Virus record (IMG/VR): IMGVR_UViG_3300014932_000131
Origin: a virus
Lineage: Duplodnaviria > Heunggongvirae > Uroviricota > Caudoviricetes
Reading direction: 5' to 3' (one strand)
Length of the DNA stretch: 16,676 nt
Under the pieces are notes generated by a model, which was not told where the DNA came from, ran no database searches, and worked only from the letters and a program-made list of their open reading frames with translations. This document shows, piece after piece, positions 12,124-16,676 of this stretch. Both the position numbers and the translations under genes were made by a program. Each line of letters starts with the position of its first letter. Position 1 is the first letter of the stretch.

Positions 12124-14783
12124 AAAAACTATTAATAATCACTCCTCACCTATCAACTGGAGGAGCTCCACAGGTAACTGTAAACAAAGTGGAACTATTA
12201 AGGGACCACTTTGAAATCAAGGTGATAGAGTATTCATTCCTAGCATGGTCATTTGTTGTACAACGTTTAAGGATCATTGACATGCTTACAGAAGGAGTTA
12301 ACTTCCATTCTCTAGGAGAAAATAAGTATGATAAACTTGTGCAAATTATGCAACAGTTTAGTCCAGATGTAGTTGTGATGGAAGAGTTCCCTGAGATGTT
12401 CATGGATGATAAGATTACAGCATTCATCTATTCAAAGACTAGAACCTGGAAGATATCTGAGACTACGCATGATAGCTCGTTTAATCCTAAGCATAAGAAA
12501 TGGATGCCTGATAGCTTTGTATTTGTAAGCTCTTATAACATATTTAAGTATGTACATTTAGATATACCCATGGATGTAATTGAATATCCTATAGATAAGA
12601 AATCTAGAAACAAGGTGGAAAGACAAAAACAATTTCAATTAGATCCTGCTTATAAACACTTTGTCACTGTGGGACTATTTACACCACGTAAGAACCAAGC
12701 CTATGCATTTGAATTAGGTAAGTATCTTAAGAACCACAAGGTGAAGTTCCATTTTCTAGGTAACCAAGCAGGTAATTTTGCAGATTATTGGCAGCCACTG
12801 ATGGTTGACAAACCAGATAACTGTGTTGTATGGGGAGAGCGTAATGATGTGAACACATTCCTAGAAGCATGTGATGTATTCTTCTTCCCATCTAAAGGAG
12901 ACAGGGGCAATAAGGAGCTTAACCCAATAGCCATTAAAGAGGCCATGGAATATGATGACTTAATCAAAGTAATGTACAATCTAGATGTATATTGTAACAA
13001 GTATAATGATGAGGAGAATGTAGTTTATTTAACTGGTGATATCAGTAGTGATGCTACCAATTTAATCAAAAAATTAAACCTAGATGTATTAGACGAGGAG
13101 TGTATCATCTTGGGCACCTATCCTAATATTAAAGACAGAGTGCAATGGACCAAGGATACCATCAATAGTCTTAAGCCATTGGGTAGAAAGATTATTCTAT
13201 TGTCTCACTATCCTGTAGACCAGGACATACAATGTATGGTGGATTATTACATATACGATGCATATAACCCTCTAACTCACCATAGCTATTACACTAGATT
13301 TTATAATGATAGAGATGACTATTTTGCTGAGATTAACATCAATGGTTTGAAGGATAGTAACCAATCCTTGACTGTCTTAACTAATATATTCAATGGTGCT
13401 AAGGCTGCTAAAGAGCTTGGGTTCAAGAGATTCTTCTACACTACGTATGATGTTATATTAGATGAGAGAGATATCCCTGCAGTGAATGATGCATTTAAGA
13501 CAGATAAGAAACTTTGTGCTGCTACACTACCTACACCACAGGGTAAGGGAATTCAGACCAATGGTATTATGTTTGATACAGACTTCTTTATAAAAGAGAT
13601 GGATGATGTACGTACACCAGAAGAGTGGAATGAAGTGTGTAAGCGTAGAAGATGTGAGAACTATTTAGAAGACTACTTATCTAAGGTGATATTTAGTTTC
13701 AATCCAAATGATATACAATTAGTTACTAATGATAAGGATACTCTATTGATACACAGTGGGTTAGGTGTTGCATCTAATAGTGAATACTATTCTATTATTC
13801 CTGTAGAAGGAAAAGCAAACTTTTACATGTTCTATTTCTTTACATATAACAGAGACAATAGAAAGATATATGTAGCCATTGGAGATGATATGTCTAAAAG
13901 GATTGTTCCTTCACAAAGACATGAATGGTCTTATGAGTTTGAATTCAAAGGAGAGCCCATTATTGTAAAAATGGATTTCTATGATGGAGATGATTGTTAT
14001 AAGATAGAGGAATTCAAATTAAACAAAGATAATCTACATCTATATAATAACACTGGTAGGTTTAGATGGAAGAAAACAAAAAGACCTAGAATAAAATTAG
14101 TTCACATACAAACAACACTAAATGATGAAAGAGAACAAGCAAGCAGAACTTCCCTTGAACAAGTTAAAGACCATGGATGGGAATATATCCTACACACTAA
14201 CGAGCCCTATAAGTCATTACCACCATCATATAACTGCATCAGACCCAGTTGTGTTTCAATGGAACTCTTCAATGAGGAGCAAGTTCAACAGTATGGTACA
14301 GCACTTACCCCAGCACATTATGGATGCTATGAAGCATTCAAGAATGCCATCTTAAGTGAGTTTCATGATTGTGACTTCTTAATGGTGTGTGAGGGAGATT
14401 GTATCATTGAGACAGACATACACTTTTTCGTACGAAAAATTGAGCAATGTGCACACTTAATGGGACCAAATGGTATCAACTATATGTCTTTTGGAGACAA
14501 GGATACATTAGAATATGGCTGGCCTCAGAGTCCTGTTATTAAAGATATCAATGAGGATATGTATGTTACAGATCACATCATAGGTTTACAATCTATTATG
14601 TTCCCTATATCTACAGCTGATTATTTAAAAAGTACATTAAGAAAACATAAGTGGGATGCTTCTGATATGTATTTTAATAATATCTTTGCAGGTCCACAAA
14701 TGGGCATAGTTAAGAAAAGACTTACCACCCAAGCAGATGGATTTTCTTTAATAGACAATATGCAAAAAACATTCAGGAAATGA
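12120..14783 (+). CDS. Multidomain glycosyltransferase: N-terminal GT4-like (GT-B), central uncharacterised GT-like domain, C-terminal GT25-like domain
   Basis: GT4-like: HLSTGGAPQV, VGLFTPRKNQ, FFFPS...ELNPIAIKEA. Central domain from ~13100: IILGTYP...IILLSHYP, FFYTTYDVIL. C-terminal domain from ~14085: LTPAHYGCYEAF, LMVCEGDCII. Start revised to the ATG at 12120 (ATGA overlap with the GT9 stop). Confidence 0.8.
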   Translation: MKKLLIITPHLSTGGAPQVTVNKVELLRDHFEIKVIEYSFLAWSFVVQRLRIIDMLTEGVNFHSLGENKYDKLVQIMQQFSPDVVVMEEFPEMFMDDKITAFIYSKTRTWKISETTHDSSFNPKHKKWMPDSFVFVSSYNIFKYVHLDIPMDVIEYPIDKKSRNKVERQKQFQLDPAYKHFVTVGLFTPRKNQAYAFELGKYLKNHKVKFHFLGNQAGNFADYWQPLMVDKPDNCVVWGERNDVNTFLEACDVFFFPSKGDRGNKELNPIAIKEAMEYDDLIKVMYNLDVYCNKYNDEENVVYLTGDISSDATNLIKKLNLDVLDEECIILGTYPNIKDRVQWTKDTINSLKPLGRKIILLSHYPVDQDIQCMVDYYIYDAYNPLTHHSYYTRFYNDRDDYFAEININGLKDSNQSLTVLTNIFNGAKAAKELGFKRFFYTTYDVILDERDIPAVNDAFKTDKKLCAATLPTPQGKGIQTNGIMFDTDFFIKEMDDVRTPEEWNEVCKRRRCENYLEDYLSKVIFSFNPNDIQLVTNDKDTLLIHSGLGVASNSEYYSIIPVEGKANFYMFYFFTYNRDNRKIYVAIGDDMSKRIVPSQRHEWSYEFEFKGEPIIVKMDFYDGDDCYKIEEFKLNKDNLHLYNNTGRFRWKKTKRPRIKLVHIQTTLNDEREQASRTSLEQVKDHGWEYILHTNEPYKSLPPSYNCIRPSCVSMELFNEEQVQQYGTALTPAHYGCYEAFKNAILSEFHDCDFLMVCEGDCIIETDIHFFVRKIEQCAHLMGPNGINYMSFGDKDTLEYGWPQSPVIKDINEDMYVTDHIIGLQSIMFPISTADYLKSTLRKHKWDASDMYFNNIFAGPQMGIVKKRLTTQADGFSLIDNMQKTFRK

Positions 14784-15454
14784 ACATAGATGTAATCATA
14801 TTAACAGATAGTTCTGATGTAGCTCTTACACAACGTACAATAGATACATTACATGATAGTGCTATTCATGAAAACTTTTGTGTACAGCTTGTAGATTCAG
14901 GATCTAATGATGTAAATAGATATAAAGGATGGACTAACTACATACATCCTGAAAGCTCATTCAACTATAATAAGTTCTTGAACATAGCCATTAAGTATTG
15001 TACAGAAGACTGGTTGGTTATATCTAATGATGATGTTAGTTATGAAAAAGGATGGTTTTCTGAAATAATGGATGTACATAAAATCAGACCTGACATAGAA
15101 GCCTTCTCTCCCAAAGATCCATTCTTATATGCTAAATACTTTTCTAGGTATTTTATAGGGGGCAATAGTTCCTATCATGAATCATATACTGTTACAGAAG
15201 CTCTTCAGGGTTGGTGCACTGTGATTAAGAAATGTGCATTAGATAAAATCCTACCATTTGATGAGATGTTTGATATGTACTATCAGGACAATGACTATGC
15301 TGAGAGACTAAAGCAGGCAGGTATTAAACATGCTCTTGTGAGACATTCTATTGTATGTCATATGGAAACATTAAATGTAGGACAGATAAGTGAAGCTAAG
15401 TCTAGAAAGCTTAGAATAGATGAAATTAAATTTAGAAACAAATGGAATCAATAA
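14780..15454 (+). CDS. Glycosyltransferase family 2 (GT-A)
   Basis: IDVIILT, VQLVDSGS, FNYNKFLNIA, WLVISNDDV (DxD-like) and FDEMFDMYYQDND. Confidence 0.85.
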   Translation: MNIDVIILTDSSDVALTQRTIDTLHDSAIHENFCVQLVDSGSNDVNRYKGWTNYIHPESSFNYNKFLNIAIKYCTEDWLVISNDDVSYEKGWFSEIMDVHKIRPDIEAFSPKDPFLYAKYFSRYFIGGNSSYHESYTVTEALQGWCTVIKKCALDKILPFDEMFDMYYQDNDYAERLKQAGIKHALVRHSIVCHMETLNVGQISEAKSRKLRIDEIKFRNKWNQ

Positions 15455-16464
15455 AATCAGTACATGTTGCTACAGGACTAATAACTATACCACCAAATGG
15501 ATGGGGTGCTGTAGAAAGACTTACATGGGAATATAAGATAGCTCTTGAGAAACTTGGACATGGTGTAGATATTAGATACATGAATGAGTTGGAGAAGTGG
15601 CCCAATACAATTGTGCACACACATTTAGCTAATCAAGCTCTTGATTGTATAGATAAGGGTATTCCCTATGTGTATTCTTTACATGATCATCATACAGAAT
15701 GGTATGGAAAAGATAGCTGGGTGTTTAAACAAAACCTAGAAGCTATGAAGAGTAGTATTATATCCTTCACTCATGCTGAATATTTGGTAGACTATTTTGA
15801 TGCTGTAGATAAACTATTCTATCTACCACATGGGGCTAATACAGATTTCTTTGTTCCTAATTATGAACCAAAACCACATGCATTATTTATGCTTGCTAAT
15901 AATGGATTAGCAGGTGATTCAGGATTTGATAGAAAAGGATTTAGATGGGGGATAGAAGCAGCTGAAGAACTAGACTTACCCATCACTATAGCTGGACATC
16001 CTAACAATCAAAAGTTCTTTGATATTCATTCAGAGCTATTGCAATATAAAAAGTTAACTTTAAAGTTAACAAACCCTACAGATGAAGAGACTAGAGAGTT
16101 ATATCAGTCTCACACTATCTTCTTACATCCATCTATGCTAGAAGCAGGACATCCTAATCTAACACTTATGGAAGCCACAGCTTGTGGTATTCCTATTGTA
16201 GGAACTTATAGAGGTAGTAAACCTATACCTGGAATGCATGTTCTTGATAAGATTACAAAAGAATCTGTAATAGATGGCATCATAGATGTTATGCATAACT
16301 ATGACGAACGTAGACAAGATATATTTAACAAGCGTACAGACTATAGTTGGGATGAAGTGGGTAAGATATTAGCTAAATACTATTACAATATTCTTAAAAT
16401 TAATGAGGGATATACATCAGAAAAAACAAGACAATTATATATAAACGCATATGATAACTTATAA
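15442..16464 (+). CDS. Glycosyltransferase family 4 (GT-B, retaining)
   Basis: IPPNGWGAVE, RKGF and FLHPSMLEAGHPNLTLMEATACGIPIVG (E-x7-E-type motif region). Confidence 0.88.
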   Translation: MESIKSVHVATGLITIPPNGWGAVERLTWEYKIALEKLGHGVDIRYMNELEKWPNTIVHTHLANQALDCIDKGIPYVYSLHDHHTEWYGKDSWVFKQNLEAMKSSIISFTHAEYLVDYFDAVDKLFYLPHGANTDFFVPNYEPKPHALFMLANNGLAGDSGFDRKGFRWGIEAAEELDLPITIAGHPNNQKFFDIHSELLQYKKLTLKLTNPTDEETRELYQSHTIFLHPSMLEAGHPNLTLMEATACGIPIVGTYRGSKPIPGMHVLDKITKESVIDGIIDVMHNYDERRQDIFNKRTDYSWDEVGKILAKYYYNILKINEGYTSEKTRQLYINAYDNL

Positions 16465-16676
16465 AATAACACATGTTAATGGTCTTTATTTTGAACTACT
16501 AGATGATGAGGGGAAAGGCAGAGAGTATGATGTAACCTTTGTAGATAGAAAAAATGATGGGCATATATATGAAACCAAGCTTAAACCAGGAGCATGGGCT
16601 AAGCTTAGTAGAAGCTATCTATCTGACATAGCCATCTTTATTAAATACCAAGGACGTACAGTTAAACAGATTAACT
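16451..16676 (+). CDS. Partial CDS (runs off the window); N-terminus resembles that of Aah/TibC-like autotransporter O-heptosyltransferase homologues
   Basis: Not in the ORF track. The ATG at 16451 overlaps the GT4 3' end and the frame is open to the edge: MITYKITHVNGLYFELLDDEGKGREYDVTFVDRKNDGHIYETKLKPGAWAKLSRSYLSDIAIFIKYQGRTVKQIN. The NG-x-x-x-E-I...YxVxFxD...Y...W.K..R.Y pattern is recalled from that family. No catalytic domain is visible. Confidence 0.6.
   Translation, partial: MITYKITHVNGLYFELLDDEGKGREYDVTFVDRKNDGHIYETKLKPGAWAKLSRSYLSDIAIFIKYQGRTVKQIN

Noticed and set aside
11562-15620. ORFs 11562..11897, 12146..12427, 12785..13000 and 15432..15620 (-), and 14122..14355 (+)
   Set aside because: Nested in or antisense to clearly recognisable glycosyltransferase genes.
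1-16676. CRISPR array, tRNA/rRNA genes, IS elements or DGR repeats
   Set aside because: No regularly spaced repeats, cloverleaf-like segments, transposase or reverse transcriptase were seen. The largest non-coding gap is about 180 nt. This was inspection by eye only.
1-16676. Stop-codon reassignment (TAG/TGA recoding as in some Bacteroidota phages)
   Set aside because: Standard code 11 yields full-length genes tiling the window. TAG (211-213, 5825-5827) and TGA (e.g. 8578, 12121) act as real stops directly abutting the next start.

Overview
AT-rich, tightly packed, intact protein-coding window. It is most consistent with part of a large tailed phage (or prophage) infecting Bacteroidota. Supporting evidence is a GH19 endolysin with holin-like neighbours, a NUMOD3/GIY-YIG homing endonuclease, overlapping stop/start codons without obvious Shine-Dalgarno sites, four Bacteroidota-type TTG-N19/20-TAnnTTTG promoters at the starts of transcription units, and Gln at +1 after signal peptides. 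No capsid, terminase or integrase gene lies in the window, so the phage call is inferred. There are four transcription units. (1) Minus strand, ~2700 to <1: a poly-Thr micro-ORF, a GT-A glycosyltransferase whose motifs resemble plant HPAT/SERGT protein O-glycosyltransferases, a 142-aa hypothetical, a second poly-Thr micro-ORF, a ferritin-like protein and two hypotheticals. (2) Minus strand, 10580 to 2797: a lysis cassette, then an envelope/secreted module (CsgG-like, outer-membrane beta-barrel-like with a Ser-rich linker, cohesin/dockerin-like protein, lipoproteins, one resembling a T9SS sorting domain). A homing endonuclease interrupts this module and appears to have captured the 3' end of the neighbouring gene. 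(3) A DUF6165-like gene on the minus strand, divergent from (4) a plus-strand glycosyltransferase cluster: GT9, a multi-domain GT4/unknown/GT25-like protein, GT2, GT4 and a truncated possible Aah/TibC-like O-heptosyltransferase. The main hypothesis is a phage-encoded glycosylation and envelope-display system. All family assignments come from motifs recognised by eye, not database searches.
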